Shown: positions 1 to 10,832 of the stretch, in pieces
Numbering within the stretch: the stretch's first letter is position 1
How the letters are laid out: the number at the start of each line of letters is the position of its first letter
NCBI GenBank assembly: GCA_910595815.1
Contig: CAJVCM010000015.1
Span: 38,551-102,550, forward strand
From: Candidatus Thioglobus plumae
Lineage (GTDB): Bacteria; Pseudomonadota; Gammaproteobacteria; PS1; Pseudothioglobaceae
Reading direction: 5' to 3'
Length of the DNA: 64,000 nt
Position numbers and translations under genes: made by a program
The notes under the pieces: generated by a model
What the model was told of the DNA's origin: nothing
What the model saw: only the letters and a program-made list of their open reading frames with translations
Databases searched by the model: none

Positions 1-2
1 AA

Positions 3-116
3 CAGCGCCTAGCATTAAGTGAAAAATTACCAACTGATATTTTAGAAAATAATTCGGAAATTTTCGAAATGGAGCAAAAGGTACAAGATTTGGCGAAAAA
101 ACTACTTAATTTGTAA
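3..116 (+). CDS. 3' end of an unidentified CDS truncated by the window edge (...EMEQKVQDLAKKLLNL*)
   Basis: Open frame from the window start to TAA at 114-116. It is too short to identify. It overlaps the convergent ferredoxin gene by 15 nt. Confidence 0.3.
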   Translation, partial: QRLALSEKLPTDILENNSEIFEMEQKVQDLAKKLLNL

Positions 117-413
117 ACGCTTTACCATGGTGCCACCAATTAAATGTTCGGTAATGATTTCATCGATATCATCTTCATCAATGTATTGATACCAAATGTT
201 GTCGGGATACACTACCGCCACTGGGCCATGTTCGCACCGACCCAAACAGCGCGATTCACTCACGCCAATTTTACCTTCGCCGAGTTTTCCCTCATCACGG
301 CATTTGTCTTTAGCATAGCGATACATTTGCTTAGCGCCGAGCTGTGAACAACAAGCCTTGCCGTCTTCACGTACATTGTTACAAAAAAAGATGTGGCGTG
401 TGTAGTAACTCAT
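102..413 (-). CDS. thioredoxin-like [2Fe-2S] ferredoxin
   Basis: 103 aa with the Cys pattern FFCNN...ACCSQ...RCLGRCEHGP, spaced as in thioredoxin-like 2Fe-2S ferredoxins. 4-nt overlap with upstream rsmI. Confidence 0.65.
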   Translation of the reverse strand: MSYYTRHIFFCNNVREDGKACCSQLGAKQMYRYAKDKCRDEGKLGEGKIGVSESRCLGRCEHGPVAVVYPDNIWYQYIDEDDIDEIITEHLIGGTMVKRLQIK

Positions 414-1234
414 GATTCAATCGCCCTCTTATAGCAATATTTTTTATCAATACCAGTTATTTTAGCGGCTAGTTTTGCGGCTTTCGACGCACCCATTTCT
501 GTGAGTAAAATTGGCAATATTTTATCCAACTGCTCCTCGCCCAAAACTTTATCATTTTTATCAATGGCAGAAATCAAAATTACAAATTCGCCTTTTTGAT
601 GGGCATCGTCCGCTTGCAAATAATCAATCAATGCCGGCAAAGTATCAGTTTTAATGGTTTCAAACGTTTTGGTTAATTCCTTGGCAAAGCACACAATGCG
701 TCCATCACCTAGGATAGATTGTAGATCTTGCGCACAAGCTAAAATGCGTTTGGGCGATTCGTAAAAAATGGCGGTCTGGTCAATGTGGGCAATGGCTTGA
801 ATAGCCTTGAGTCGTGCCGATTGTTTACTGGGTAAAAACCCAAAAAATCCAAATCGATCACTGGCAACACCCGAGGCTGATAGCGCACTAATCATAGCAC
901 TTGCCCCAGGAATCGGCACCACATCAACCCCTGATTTTTTGGCCTCACTCACCAATACATATCCTGGATCACTAATCAGTGGTGTGCCGGCATCACTAAT
1001 CAGCGCCATGGTCTTACCTGCTAATAATTCATTAATCATCACAGCTGATTTTTGGGTTTCGTTGTGTTCATGGAATGCACGCATCGGTGTGCTGATATCG
1101 TAATGACTCAGCAGTCTTTTAGAATGGCGTGTGTCCTCTGCCAAAATCACATCGACAGTTTTTAGTATTTCAACCGCCCTAAAGGTGATATCATCTAAAT
1201 TTCCGATCGGTGTAGCGACAATATATAACGACAT
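410..1234 (-). CDS. rsmI: 16S rRNA (cytidine1402-2'-O)-methyltransferase
   Basis: N-terminus LYIVATPIGNLDDITFRA..ILAEDTRHS is typical of RsmI tetrapyrrole-methylase-fold enzymes. Confidence 0.9.
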   Translation of the reverse strand: MSLYIVATPIGNLDDITFRAVEILKTVDVILAEDTRHSKRLLSHYDISTPMRAFHEHNETQKSAVMINELLAGKTMALISDAGTPLISDPGYVLVSEAKKSGVDVVPIPGASAMISALSASGVASDRFGFFGFLPSKQSARLKAIQAIAHIDQTAIFYESPKRILACAQDLQSILGDGRIVCFAKELTKTFETIKTDTLPALIDYLQADDAHQKGEFVILISAIDKNDKVLGEEQLDKILPILLTEMGASKAAKLAAKITGIDKKYCYKRAIES

Positions 1235-1239
1235 AATTT

Positions 1240-1611
1240 ATGTTTAGTTTTAAACGACAAGTGGGCAATCAAGCAGAGACCATTGCGCTTAAGCACCTCT
1301 GCAAGCACGGCCTCGAACTCATTGAACAAAACTATTTAACCAAAATGGGTGAAATAGATATTATTATGCTCGATAAATCCGAACAAACATTAGTTTTTGT
1401 TGAAGTTCGCTATCGACAAAATACGCAATTCGGCTCGGCAACTGATAGTATCAACCACAACAAACAAACCAAGCTGATTCGCACCGCGCAGTATTACTTA
1501 CAACAGCACTCTAAGTATCAAGAATTTATCTGTCGGTTTGATGTTGTCGGTATCGAATCTGATTTAAAATATCCTAAAATCAATTGGATTAAAGACGCAT
1601 TCACGCTTTAG
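1240..1611 (+). CDS. yraN: YraN family (UPF0102) endonuclease-like protein
   Basis: 123 aa containing GEIDIIM...LVFVEVRYR. Divergent from rsmI, as in many gammaproteobacteria. The gap between the two start codons is only 5 nt. Confidence 0.85.
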   Translation: MFSFKRQVGNQAETIALKHLCKHGLELIEQNYLTKMGEIDIIMLDKSEQTLVFVEVRYRQNTQFGSATDSINHNKQTKLIRTAQYYLQQHSKYQEFICRFDVVGIESDLKYPKINWIKDAFTL

Positions 1612-1619
1612 GAAATCAC

Positions 1620-2357
1620 ATGAAAAAATTAGCCTTACTTGCATTACTCATTGTTCATTCTGTATTATTAAGTGGTTGCCTACCTGCCATCCAAAGCATA
1701 TCTAGCGTTAGTTCTATTATTTCTGTTAATAACGACCGTCGCAGTGCTGGTGTTATCTTAGATGACAAAACCACTTATTTGCAACTAGCTGCCTGGACGG
1801 CCGAAGACCCTAAGCTTGATGACGCACACCTTAATTTTCTAATTTACAATAAGGCTGTGCTTATTACTGGCGAAGCGCCAAACAAAGAGCTACGTACCTA
1901 CATTAGTAAACAAGCAAAGCGTCAATCACCAGCCATTAAACAAGTGTTTAATGAAGTATCTGTCAAGTCTAATAGCAGCCTATTAAAGAGAGCAAAAGAT
2001 TCGGCTATTACCTTACAGGTTGAGGCAATGTTTCAGAATCAAGAAGTCTTTCATCCGACACACGTGCGTGTCATGACTGAAGCACAAACAGTTTATTTAA
2101 TGGGTTCAGTCACCAAACGTGAAGCCGATAAGGCCGTCAAAATAGCGACTAAAGCCAAAGGTATTAAACAAGTGGTTAGACTGTTTGATTATTTAAAGAC
2201 CAGGCCAGCAGTTGAAATTAAGCGCGACAAACTTCAAGTAACTGAATCGATTAAGAAGGAAAAATTAAAACAGAAAAAAGCCGATTTGGAAGCAGAAAAA
2301 GCCAAAATTCAAGAAAAAATTAATCAATTAACTGGCACGACTGGAACAAGCTTTTAA
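1620..2357 (+). CDS. dolP: BON-domain outer-membrane lipoprotein (DolP/YraP-like) with a Lys/Glu-rich coiled-coil tail
   Basis: Lipobox LLSGC, two BON-like segments, and a position after yraN as in E. coli. The extra C-terminal [26 protein letters not shown] is not typical of DolP. Confidence 0.7.
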   Translation: MKKLALLALLIVHSVLLSGCLPAIQSISSVSSIISVNNDRRSAGVILDDKTTYLQLAAWTAEDPKLDDAHLNFLIYNKAVLITGEAPNKELRTYISKQAKRQSPAIKQVFNEVSVKSNSSLLKRAKDSAITLQVEAMFQNQEVFHPTHVRVMTEAQTVYLMGSVTKREADKAVKIATKAKGIKQVVRLFDYLKTRPAVEIKRDKLQVTESIKKEKLKQKKADLEAEKAKIQEKINQLTGTTGTSF

Positions 2358-2917
2358 TTTGATATTCGTACTCGCTTAACGGGTGCGAAAGAATATCGAT
2401 GTTGGTGTTTGATTGCACCGAACTCTGCCAGCGCTTGAAGATGGACCTTTGTCCCATAACCTTTATGCTTGGCAAAACCATATTCTGGATACTGCTCATC
2501 TAATGCAACCATTTGTCTGTCTCGTGTCACTTTGGCAATAATCGAGGCAGCAGAAATCACCGGCTCAGTCAAATCCCCCTTGATAATTGATTGGCAATTT
2601 TCAAGCTCTGGGCAACGATTACCATCCACCAGCACTTGATCGTATTTGATATTTAAGTTCTCAACAGCTCGCTTCATGGCTAGCATAGTTGCTTGCAAGA
2701 TATTGATTTCATCAATCTCTTGAGGGCTGGATTCGCCCACTGCCCATTGACATTGTTGAGTGATTAATGCATACAATGTCTCGCGTTTTTTCTCGCTGAG
2801 TTTTTTTGAGTCAGTTAGCTCTGGCAAGTCAAAATCATTCGGCAGGATAACTGCGCCAGCTACTACAGAGCCTACGAGTGGGCCACGGCCTGCCTCATCA
2901 ACTCCGACAATAATCAA
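2354..2917 (-). CDS. rnhB: ribonuclease HII
   Basis: [22 protein letters not shown] and DSKKL motifs, 187 aa. Confidence 0.92.
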   Translation of the reverse strand: MIIVGVDEAGRGPLVGSVVAGAVILPNDFDLPELTDSKKLSEKKRETLYALITQQCQWAVGESSPQEIDEINILQATMLAMKRAVENLNIKYDQVLVDGNRCPELENCQSIIKGDLTEPVISAASIIAKVTRDRQMVALDEQYPEYGFAKHKGYGTKVHLQALAEFGAIKHQHRYSFAPVKRVRISN

Positions 2918-2919
2918 AT

Positions 2920-4185
2920 CTATAACGCCTTAAAGCCGATGTCTGTACGATAGTACGCTGTTGGCCAGTTGATTTTTTCAAGCAATGTATAAGCGTTTGT
3001 TTGCGCATCTTTAGTGTTGGCACCGAGTGCTGTAGCACAAAGTACGCGACCACCACTAGTTACCACTGAACCATTATCCATCTTGGTGCCTGCATGAAAA
3101 ACTTTTGCTTCGGCATTGTCTACTGGCAAGCCGATTACTTCACCTGATGGATAAGCATTAGGATAACCATTAGCCGCCAATACCACGCCCATAGCTGAGC
3201 GCTCATCCCATTCAATGGTGGCTTCATCCAGCTGACCTTTAGTGGCTAATAAGCATAACTCTGCTAAGTTTGATTGAAGACGCATCATGATTGGCTGGGT
3301 TTCTGGGTCGCCAAAGCGACAGTTATACTCCAATACTTTAAAATTGTTATTTTGATCAATCATTAAGCCTGCATACAGGAAACCCATATACGAATTACCC
3401 TCTGCCGCCATACCATCAACCGTTGGGCGAATCACACTGTCCATCACATTTTGGAAGATCTCATCAGTGACAATTGGTGCCGGAGAATACGCACCCATGC
3501 CACCAGTATTAGGGCCTTTATCGCCATTATCACGGGCTTTATGGTCTTGTGAAGTGGCCATTGGTAAAATATTTTTACCATCTACCATCACAATAAAACT
3601 CGCCTCTTCGCCAACCAAGAATTCTTCAACCACCACGCGAGAGCCAGCCTCACCAAAACGATTACCTTCTAACATGTCGTTAATAGCCTCAACTGCTTCA
3701 GCTTGCGTATTGGCGATAATAACACCCTTGCCTGCAGCTAAGCCATCGGCCTTAATGACAATCGGTGTGCCTTTTTCCTCTACATATTTAACCGCTGGCG
3801 CTACCTCGGTAAAGACATCGTAGTAAGCGGTCGGAATGTTATTGCGATCAAGAAAATCTTTACAAAAAGCCTTAGAACCTTCAAGCTGAGACGCCGCCTG
3901 TGTTGGGCCAAAAATTGCCAAGCCTTCTGCTTGAAAACGATCAACTACGCCAAGCACGAGTGGCGCTTCAGGGCCAACAATGGTAAGATTAATTTGGTTG
4001 TCTTTAACAAAGGCAATTAGTCCATCAATGTCTTCTGAACCAACATTAATATTGATCAATTTATTTTCTAACTGAGTGCCGGCATTGCCCGGGGCAACAA
4101 ATACTTCTTCAACCTCATCAAACTTCGCACACTGCCAAGCTAGGGCGTGCTCGCGGCCGCCAGCACCAATAACCAAAACTTTCAT
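2920..4185 (-). CDS. purD: phosphoribosylamine-glycine ligase
   Basis: [17 protein letters not shown] start with ATP-grasp motifs, 421 aa. Confidence 0.95.
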   Translation of the reverse strand: MKVLVIGAGGREHALAWQCAKFDEVEEVFVAPGNAGTQLENKLININVGSEDIDGLIAFVKDNQINLTIVGPEAPLVLGVVDRFQAEGLAIFGPTQAASQLEGSKAFCKDFLDRNNIPTAYYDVFTEVAPAVKYVEEKGTPIVIKADGLAAGKGVIIANTQAEAVEAINDMLEGNRFGEAGSRVVVEEFLVGEEASFIVMVDGKNILPMATSQDHKARDNGDKGPNTGGMGAYSPAPIVTDEIFQNVMDSVIRPTVDGMAAEGNSYMGFLYAGLMIDQNNNFKVLEYNCRFGDPETQPIMMRLQSNLAELCLLATKGQLDEATIEWDERSAMGVVLAANGYPNAYPSGEVIGLPVDNAEAKVFHAGTKMDNGSVVTSGGRVLCATALGANTKDAQTNAYTLLEKINWPTAYYRTDIGFKAL

Positions 4186-4194
4186 ATTTTTTAC

Positions 4195-4833
4195 CTATAC
4201 GTATTCTTCAATAAACTCTCTAAATTTCTTGTGCGACATAATCTGCGTACCATCACAGTTAAACGACATAGAAATGGTTGAGTTAAATAAATTAATCACT
4301 GCTGAACGTAAGTAATAACCTTCTAAATTTCGTAAAGCAGGAATGTGTTCAATAATATAACGTAACTCATCTTCATCCGTAAGTTGCTTCATGCTTTCAT
4401 TACGCGCATGAAATGCTCCTTGCCACTCTTCTGATAAATATTCAAACGCATGATCGTGCTCAAGCATTTCATAATAGCGCTTAATCAATGCTTCTTTTTC
4501 ATCCAGAGCAATCATGCCAAAATGATTAAAAACATAATCTGGCACTAATAAATCTTCAGCCAAATGCACTTCAACATTAAACGGATCAAACACCGATGAA
4601 GTCTTAATTTCTCCGTTATTAAGCCCAATCACAATGCGATAAACACCGGTAGACAGTAACAAAAATAAGATAACATCTAACAATTCATCAATATTTTCGT
4701 CTACCAAATTCAAGGCACGTTTACGGTTATAGACGCTGTCACGCAAACTACTGTCGCCCTTAACGCTACGCATTAAGTTATCGTCAAAACAATAACCAAC
4801 TAATGCGTTTTTTTTACTCTTCCCAGTATTCAT
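4195..4833 (-). CDS. hypothetical protein (212 aa) with no family I recognise
   Basis: Clean ORF between truB and purD. No SD. A perfect TATAAT lies 7 nt upstream of the ATG. Confidence 0.5.
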   Translation of the reverse strand: MNTGKSKKNALVGYCFDDNLMRSVKGDSSLRDSVYNRKRALNLVDENIDELLDVILFLLLSTGVYRIVIGLNNGEIKTSSVFDPFNVEVHLAEDLLVPDYVFNHFGMIALDEKEALIKRYYEMLEHDHAFEYLSEEWQGAFHARNESMKQLTDEDELRYIIEHIPALRNLEGYYLRSAVINLFNSTISMSFNCDGTQIMSHKKFREFIEEYV

Positions 4834-4840
4834 AAATTAG

Positions 4841-4846
4841 ATTATA
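4841..4846 (-). promoter_or_regulatory. -10 hexamer TATAAT 7 nt upstream of the orf212 ATG (leaderless-type arrangement)
   Basis: The minus strand reads TTGACTATAATctaatttATG. There is no SD. Confidence 0.35.
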
Positions 4847-4854
4847 GTCAATTC

Positions 4855-5766
4855 TTAAATGAATAATCGCTTGGGTTTAATGCCCTTATCTTCATTTGGT
4901 TCGCCAATGCCTAAAAACTGTTTGTGATTGTCAAACAGTTTAATTACTTCGAACGGGCCTTGCCCATTCGAAGTAATAGACCTGCCATATTTAATATCAA
5001 TTGTTTGTTGTTCATCTAGGTAAAGGCTATCAATATTTGGCAACATATCTTGTGTGGCAAATATTTTTTTATCCAAGGCTTGATAGTCATCCGTGGCTAG
5101 TAACTCTAAATCTGAAAACTTAATCGTCTGAGTTATATCAATATGTGCAAAGCCTGTACGTCGAAGCTCAATCACGTGTGCACCACAACCCAGATTGTTT
5201 CCAATATCTTCGATCAAAGTACGAATATAAGTACCTTTAGAGCACGACACCTCTAAACTTAAGATGCCACTTTCATAACCCAAATAATCAATGTTGTGAA
5301 TGGTAACCGGACGTGCTGGTCTGTCGATTTCAATACCTTGTCTGGCTAACTTATATAGAGGTTGTCCATCTTTTTTAAGTGCTGAGTACATCGGTGGCAC
5401 TTGCTCGATATCTCCAATAAACTGATCAACAGCATTGCGAATTTCTTCATCGGTCAAGTGTTCAAAAGGTTGGGTTTTAATGACCTCGCCTTCAGCATCA
5501 GCAGTATCAGTAATCTGTCCTAACTGACCACGGACAAAATAACGCTTATCATCAGCCAGCAAAAAACCTGCCACCTTAGTGGCTTGCCCTAAGCAAATCG
5601 GCAAGATACCACTGGCCAACGGATCTAGGGCGCCAGTATGCCCAGCTTTCTTAGCAAAGAATAATCGTTTGACTTTTTGTAGGGCAGCGTTCGAGCTCAG
5701 ACCGATGTCTTTGTCAAGCAAGACGATACCGTTAATCTCTCTGCCTTTTGGATTACGCCGTGACAT
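4855..5766 (-). CDS. truB: tRNA pseudouridine55 synthase
   Basis: GILLLDK...GHTGALDPLASGILPIC motif and operon position after rbfA. Confidence 0.95.
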   Translation of the reverse strand: MSRRNPKGREINGIVLLDKDIGLSSNAALQKVKRLFFAKKAGHTGALDPLASGILPICLGQATKVAGFLLADDKRYFVRGQLGQITDTADAEGEVIKTQPFEHLTDEEIRNAVDQFIGDIEQVPPMYSALKKDGQPLYKLARQGIEIDRPARPVTIHNIDYLGYESGILSLEVSCSKGTYIRTLIEDIGNNLGCGAHVIELRRTGFAHIDITQTIKFSDLELLATDDYQALDKKIFATQDMLPNIDSLYLDEQQTIDIKYGRSITSNGQGPFEVIKLFDNHKQFLGIGEPNEDKGIKPKRLFI

Positions 5767-5775
5767 GGCTAGTAT

Positions 5776-6114
5776 TTATAGTTTAGACAATAAATCTTCA
5801 AGCCTAGCACCCGTATTTGGTGCGGGATCAAAGATAAACTTTAATGCTGGTGTATGGCGCAAATCTAGTGTTTTTGACAAGCGCGAACGGAAAAAACCAC
5901 TGGCTTTGTTTAATAAGACTTCAACTGTTGCTTGATCAGATTCTGGTACGGTATAAAATACTTTAGCACTACTCAAATCACGACTGGACAAGACATCGGT
6001 CACACTTACTGATTGGAGTCTAGGATCTTTGGTTTCGTTTTTTAAAAGTGTTACTAACTCACGACGAATTAGCTCATTAACACGTTCAACTCGGTAGGAG
6101 GGTTGCTCTGCCAT
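5776..6114 (-). CDS. rbfA: ribosome-binding factor A
   Basis: 112 aa containing R..RVNELIRRELV. Sits between infB and truB. Confidence 0.9.
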   Translation of the reverse strand: MAEQPSYRVERVNELIRRELVTLLKNETKDPRLQSVSVTDVLSSRDLSSAKVFYTVPESDQATVEVLLNKASGFFRSRLSKTLDLRHTPALKFIFDPAPNTGARLEDLLSKL

Positions 6115-6130
6115 TAACTAAAGGATACTT

Positions 6131-8548
6131 TTATAAGGTACGTGCAGTTTCAATGCGCTCAAATACTTCGATCTGGTCGCCTGGCTGGACATCGTTATAA
6201 CCCGCTACACCGATACCACATTCTGTACCTGATTTAACTACCTTAACATCGTCTTTGAAACGTCTTAGAGACTCTAGTTCACCTTCAAAAATAACCACAC
6301 TGTCACGCAGTACACGAATTGGTGAATCTTTTCTAACCACACCTTCTTCAACCATACAACCAGCAATATCGCCCAATTTCTGTGATCTAAATACGTCTTT
6401 CACATTAGCAATACCAATAATATTTTCACTCAATGCAGGGCTTAATAAACCACTCATGATGGCTTTAACATCATCAATTAAATTATAGATAATTGAATAG
6501 TATTCAATGCGCACACCTTCATTATCAGCTGTCCTACGTGCCATTGCATCGGCACGTACATTAAAACCAAGTACCAATGCACCTGAAGTAGCTGCCAAGT
6601 TAATGTCTGTATTGTTAATACCACCTACACCACTAGACACCACTTTAACACGCACTTCGTCGGTTGATAATTCTTCTAAGGCTTCTACCAATGCTTGTGC
6701 TGATCCTCGTACATCAGATTTCAACAATACATTAACCGTAGAGATATCACCTTCTTCCATTTTTTGTAAGAAGTTTTCCATCTTCGATGCTTGTTGGTTT
6801 TGTAACTCAGCCTCACGATCACGTGCTTTTCTAAAGTCAGCGACTTCACGAGCCTTACGCTCAGACTCTACTACTAATACTTCATCACCGGCATTTGGTA
6901 CGCCTGACAAACCTAATACTTCAACTGGTGTCGATGGACCGGCCTCTTTTAATACTTTGCCTTGATCGTTAACAATTTGCTTAACTTTTCCGTATTCTAA
7001 ACCGGCAATCATGATGTCGCCTTTTTTCAAAGTACCTGATTGCACTAAAATGGTTGTTACTTTACCACGACCTTTTTCAAGTCGCGCTTCTAGTACAGTA
7101 CCCTGTGCCGGGCCTTTAACCACTGCTGAAAATTCTAACACCTCAGCTGTTAATGTAATCGCATCTAATAAGGCATCGATACCTTCGCCCGTATGAGCTG
7201 ATACTGGCACCATCATTACATCGCCGCCCCAGTCCTCAGAAATCACATTGTGGGTTGAAAGTACTTGTTTAATCTTATCAAGATCCGCGCCTTCTTTATC
7301 AATTTTATTAATTGCTACAATGATGGGCACATCGGCAGTTTGAGCATGCTTGATTGATTCAATCGTTTGAGGCATTACCCCGTCATCAGCAGCCACAACT
7401 AGAATAACAATGTCAGTTGAATTTGCACCACGAGAACGCATTTTTGAGAACGCTGCATGTCCCGGTGTATCAAGAAAGGTAATAAAGCCGTCGTTTGCTT
7501 GAACTTGGTAAGCGCCAATATGCTGGGTAATACCACCTGCTTCGCCATCAGCCACTTTGGCTTTACGAATATAGTCTAGTAATGAGGTTTTACCATGATC
7601 AACATGACCCATAATAGTTACCACTGGCGGTCTTAAGCTTTCATCACCGGTTGGTTTTGATTGCTCAATCAACGTGTCTTCAATGGTTTCTTCCTTACTG
7701 GCAACACCTTTATGACCCATCTCTTCAGCCACTAGTAATGCGGTATCTTGGTCGATCACATCATTCAGTGTCGCCATCACACCCATGCCCATCAGTACTT
7801 TAAGCACCTCTCCAGCCTTAGTTGCCATTTTTTGTGCCAGATCTACGACTTTAATATTGTCTGGTATCGCCACTTCATAAATCACTTTTTCGACTGGCTT
7901 TTGGAAGCCATGCTGCGCTTGCTCTTCTTGAGTTTTTTGACTTAAACGTGTTCTGTCTTTTTTCTTCAGTCTACGGTTTGGATTGTGTCTAGCTACATGC
8001 AGCTGTCGACGCCCATTGTTGCTTGGGGCCTTGTGTAAGCGTTTTGGTTTTTTATCTTCAGCAGGGGCTGCGGTTTTATTAACAGCTTCGTCTTTCGTTT
8101 TTTGTTTGGCGGCCTCTTGCTGTTCTTTTTGTGCTTGTGCTTGATCTTTTTTCAAACGCGTCATCTCATGACGCTTAGCATCTTGTGCTAATAATTTTTC
8201 ATCTGCATCACGGCCTGAATCTAGTGCTGCTTGTGCTTTAAGCGCTTCCTCATTATCAACAGAGCCAACCTCTTGGACCGCCTCTTTTTTAACACGCTTT
8301 TTCTTAACTTGAACTTTAATACCGCCAGCACTTGCACTTGATTTGGCACTAGGCTTGCGTGAAGAAACTGACATACTAGACTTGTTGGTTGAGCGTTTAG
8401 ACAAACTACCCATCAAAATTTTACGTTCTTCAGCTGAGATTTCAGAATCTGCAGTCTTGCCATCAATTCCCGCACTTGCTAGAATATTAATGACCTCATC
8501 TGAAGTCTTTTTCAGTAATTTAGATAACGTTTGAACTGTGTGTGCCAT
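6131..8548 (-). CDS. infB: translation initiation factor IF-2
   Basis: GTPase motifs [22 protein letters not shown] and NKID, with a Lys/Ala/Gln-rich N-terminal region, 805 aa. Confidence 0.97.
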   Translation of the reverse strand: MAHTVQTLSKLLKKTSDEVINILASAGIDGKTADSEISAEERKILMGSLSKRSTNKSSMSVSSRKPSAKSSASAGGIKVQVKKKRVKKEAVQEVGSVDNEEALKAQAALDSGRDADEKLLAQDAKRHEMTRLKKDQAQAQKEQQEAAKQKTKDEAVNKTAAPAEDKKPKRLHKAPSNNGRRQLHVARHNPNRRLKKKDRTRLSQKTQEEQAQHGFQKPVEKVIYEVAIPDNIKVVDLAQKMATKAGEVLKVLMGMGVMATLNDVIDQDTALLVAEEMGHKGVASKEETIEDTLIEQSKPTGDESLRPPVVTIMGHVDHGKTSLLDYIRKAKVADGEAGGITQHIGAYQVQANDGFITFLDTPGHAAFSKMRSRGANSTDIVILVVAADDGVMPQTIESIKHAQTADVPIIVAINKIDKEGADLDKIKQVLSTHNVISEDWGGDVMMVPVSAHTGEGIDALLDAITLTAEVLEFSAVVKGPAQGTVLEARLEKGRGKVTTILVQSGTLKKGDIMIAGLEYGKVKQIVNDQGKVLKEAGPSTPVEVLGLSGVPNAGDEVLVVESERKAREVADFRKARDREAELQNQQASKMENFLQKMEEGDISTVNVLLKSDVRGSAQALVEALEELSTDEVRVKVVSSGVGGINNTDINLAATSGALVLGFNVRADAMARRTADNEGVRIEYYSIIYNLIDDVKAIMSGLLSPALSENIIGIANVKDVFRSQKLGDIAGCMVEEGVVRKDSPIRVLRDSVVIFEGELESLRRFKDDVKVVKSGTECGIGVAGYNDVQPGDQIEVFERIETARTL

Positions 8549-8605
8549 ATGCTTGCCTATTGTTTTTTATTTGTTTTTAATTAAGTTTTATTTATCTTTA
8601 CTTAA

Positions 8606-10081
8606 TTAATCAAACCATCCTTCATTTTCTCTTGCGGTCATAATAACAGCCGACGCCACCTCGGTGTCCATAACTTGAATGTCTAATAATTCATCAATTG
8701 ACAATTCTGCTAGATCATCTACCGTTGCAATATCTGATTCAATTAATGCTTGTGCCAAGTCTTCACTAACACCTTCAACACTCATCAACACCTCAGAAGA
8801 TTCTGCATCACCTAGTGCTTGTACTAACTGCGCATCAGAAGCACGCTCTTGTAACTCTTCAACCATAGAAGTGTCAAACTCTTCGATACTTGCTAAACTA
8901 GCCGCATCTGCATCGGCAACTTCGTCAATACTACCAAAGCCTTCGTCAATTAACACGCCGGCCACTTCAGAGTCAACGCCTAACTTCTCAGCTAATTTTT
9001 CGCTGGTCTTTTGATTTTCTCCCGCTTGTTTTTCATCTGCTTCACCAACAGACATAACATTAAGCTTCCAACCGGTTAAGCGTGAAGCCAATTTAATATT
9101 TTGACCACCACGACCAATGGCTAATGCCAACTGATCATCTTCAACCGCAATGTCCATTGAATTTTTGTCTTCATCAACGACAATCGCACTTACCTCAGCA
9201 GGTGCCATTGCATTGATCACAAACTGTGCAGGATCCTCATCCCAAAGAATGATATCGACACGCTCGCCATTAAGCTCATTTGATACCGCTTGTACACGTG
9301 CACCACGCATACCAATACAAGATCCGATTGGATCAAGGCGTTTATCTTTTGCTTTAACGGCTAATTTTGAACGCAAACCAGGGTCTCTAGCACCACCCAT
9401 AATCTCAATCACGCCTTCAGAAATCTCTGGCACTTCCATCTCGAATAACTCGATCATCATCTCAGGCACTGTACGACTCAAGAAAATTTGAGCACCACGT
9501 GGGCTTGACTTCACCTCTTTAATATAGGCTCTTAGACGATCATTCTTACGTACTGATTCATTTGGAATTAGGTCAAATTTAGAAATCATGCCATCAACAC
9601 CACCCATATCAACATAGGCATTGCCTCGATCAACACGCTTAACGGTTACCATAATCACCTCGCCCACACGCTTTGTGTAGTCTTCAACAATTACTTCTCT
9701 TTCAGCTTCACGTACTTTTTGGATAATCACTTGCTTTACGATTTGAGCAGCAATACGGCCAAAGGCTTCAGTTTCCATTGGCTCGCGTACAAAATCATCA
9801 ACCGCTACACCATTCGCATCTTTAGCATGAATGTGTAATTCTGTATCAAACTCAGTGCCATCATCGTCAACAAAGTTTTCACCGTCATCAATAACCATCC
9901 ACTGTCTAAAGGTATTAAACTCACCGGTTTTTCTGTCAATTTCAACATGCGCATCAATATTATTGCGCTTCTTTGTTGCAACTGCTAATGCCTCCTCTAA
10001 AGACTCGAGTACATCCTCTTGCGAGATGTTTTTCTCATTAGAAATTGCCTCAACCATTAAAAATAATTCTTTACCTTCCAC
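8606..10081 (-). CDS. nusA: transcription termination/antitermination factor NusA
   Basis: S1 and KH domains and an acidic C-terminal repeat. Operon position rimP-nusA-infB. Confidence 0.96.
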   Translation of the reverse strand: MEGKELFLMVEAISNEKNISQEDVLESLEEALAVATKKRNNIDAHVEIDRKTGEFNTFRQWMVIDDGENFVDDDGTEFDTELHIHAKDANGVAVDDFVREPMETEAFGRIAAQIVKQVIIQKVREAEREVIVEDYTKRVGEVIMVTVKRVDRGNAYVDMGGVDGMISKFDLIPNESVRKNDRLRAYIKEVKSSPRGAQIFLSRTVPEMMIELFEMEVPEISEGVIEIMGGARDPGLRSKLAVKAKDKRLDPIGSCIGMRGARVQAVSNELNGERVDIILWDEDPAQFVINAMAPAEVSAIVVDEDKNSMDIAVEDDQLALAIGRGGQNIKLASRLTGWKLNVMSVGEADEKQAGENQKTSEKLAEKLGVDSEVAGVLIDEGFGSIDEVADADAASLASIEEFDTSMVEELQERASDAQLVQALGDAESSEVLMSVEGVSEDLAQALIESDIATVDDLAELSIDELLDIQVMDTEVASAVIMTARENEGWFD

Positions 10082-10094
10082 GTCTTTCTCCTGC

Positions 10095-10556
10095 TTAAAA
10101 GTCGGCGACTAAATTCGCCTTTTCAATTAACTCAATATCCAGCATTACTGGACCTAACTCCGTTACCAGTTCAACGCTATTGTTAGTTTCACTAACACTA
10201 CCGATTGCACCAACAAATTTTCTTTGCCCGTTGATTGGTCTAACCAATCGTAATTTAATATCGTGACCTAAAAAGCGCTGATAGTGCCCAATATGAAACA
10301 ACGGACGCTCTATACCTGGTGATGATACTTCTAAATTGTACTGGCTTGCAATTGGATCTTCCACGTCAAAAATGGCACTAATTTGTCTCGACACTGTCTC
10401 ACAGTCATCGACACCAATACCGTTCTCTGAGTCAATATAAATCCTCAAAGTGCTATGCTTGCCACTAGCAACATATTCAATCCCCACGAGCTCGTAGCCC
10501 ATGTCTACAATCACTGGGTTAATTAATGCTTCAATTTTGTCAGTAATTCTTGCCAT
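10095..10556 (-). CDS. rimP: ribosome maturation factor RimP
   Basis: 153 aa containing LEVSSPGIERPL, immediately upstream of nusA. Confidence 0.9.
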   Translation of the reverse strand: MARITDKIEALINPVIVDMGYELVGIEYVASGKHSTLRIYIDSENGIGVDDCETVSRQISAIFDVEDPIASQYNLEVSSPGIERPLFHIGHYQRFLGHDIKLRLVRPINGQRKFVGAIGSVSETNNSVELVTELGPVMLDIELIEKANLVADF

Positions 10557-10581
10557 TAACTTATCATCAAATAAAACTTAA

Positions 10582-10604
10582 TAAAAACCCCCTAAAAAGG
10601 GGGT
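10582..10604 (-). terminator. hairpin plus U-tract between tRNA-fMet and rimP
   Basis: The minus strand reads ACCCCCT-tttt-AGGGGGT followed by TTTT. This resembles the partial terminator after metY in E. coli. Confidence 0.6.
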
Positions 10605-10613
10605 CGTAATCTT

Positions 10614-10690
<77 letters not shown>

Positions 10691-10702
10691 CTAAAGGCGG
10701 CT

Positions 10703-10731
10703 ATGATACGCTCTTGTTGTGGCGCTGTCCA
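10703..10731 (-). promoter_or_regulatory. sigma70-like promoter for tRNA-fMet (TGGACA-N17-TATCAT with a GC-rich discriminator)
   Basis: The minus strand reads TGGACAgcgccacaacaagagcgTATCATagccgcc. The -10 ends 12 nt before the tRNA 5' end. Confidence 0.5.
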
Positions 10732-10819
10732 GTAATAAATTAAGTTACTTCAAAGATCTTGTTAAAAAAACAAAATAAGACTTACCCAGTGCTTGACTCA
10801 ACCGATAGGTCAATTCATT

Positions 10820-10825
10820 TATAAT
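10820..10825 (+). promoter_or_regulatory. -10 hexamer TATAAT 7 nt upstream of the gshB ATG (leaderless-type arrangement)
   Basis: TATAATagacattATG with no SD. The N-terminus MKLAVLMDDIANI aligns with E. coli GshB MIKLGIVMDPIANI, which fixes the start. Confidence 0.45.
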
Positions 10826-10832
10826 AGACATT

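Noticed and set aside
6255-10112. Numerous 60-150 aa plus-strand ORFs inside infB and nusA (for example 6507-6965, 8679-9014 and 9150-9491). Similar antisense ORFs occur in purD, ftsK, secA, coxA, hisF, bioD and leuS.
   Set aside because: They lie antisense to or overlap strongly supported conserved genes. They have Ser/Thr/Ala/Pro-rich low-complexity translations typical of the reverse frame of real genes, and no SD or promoter.
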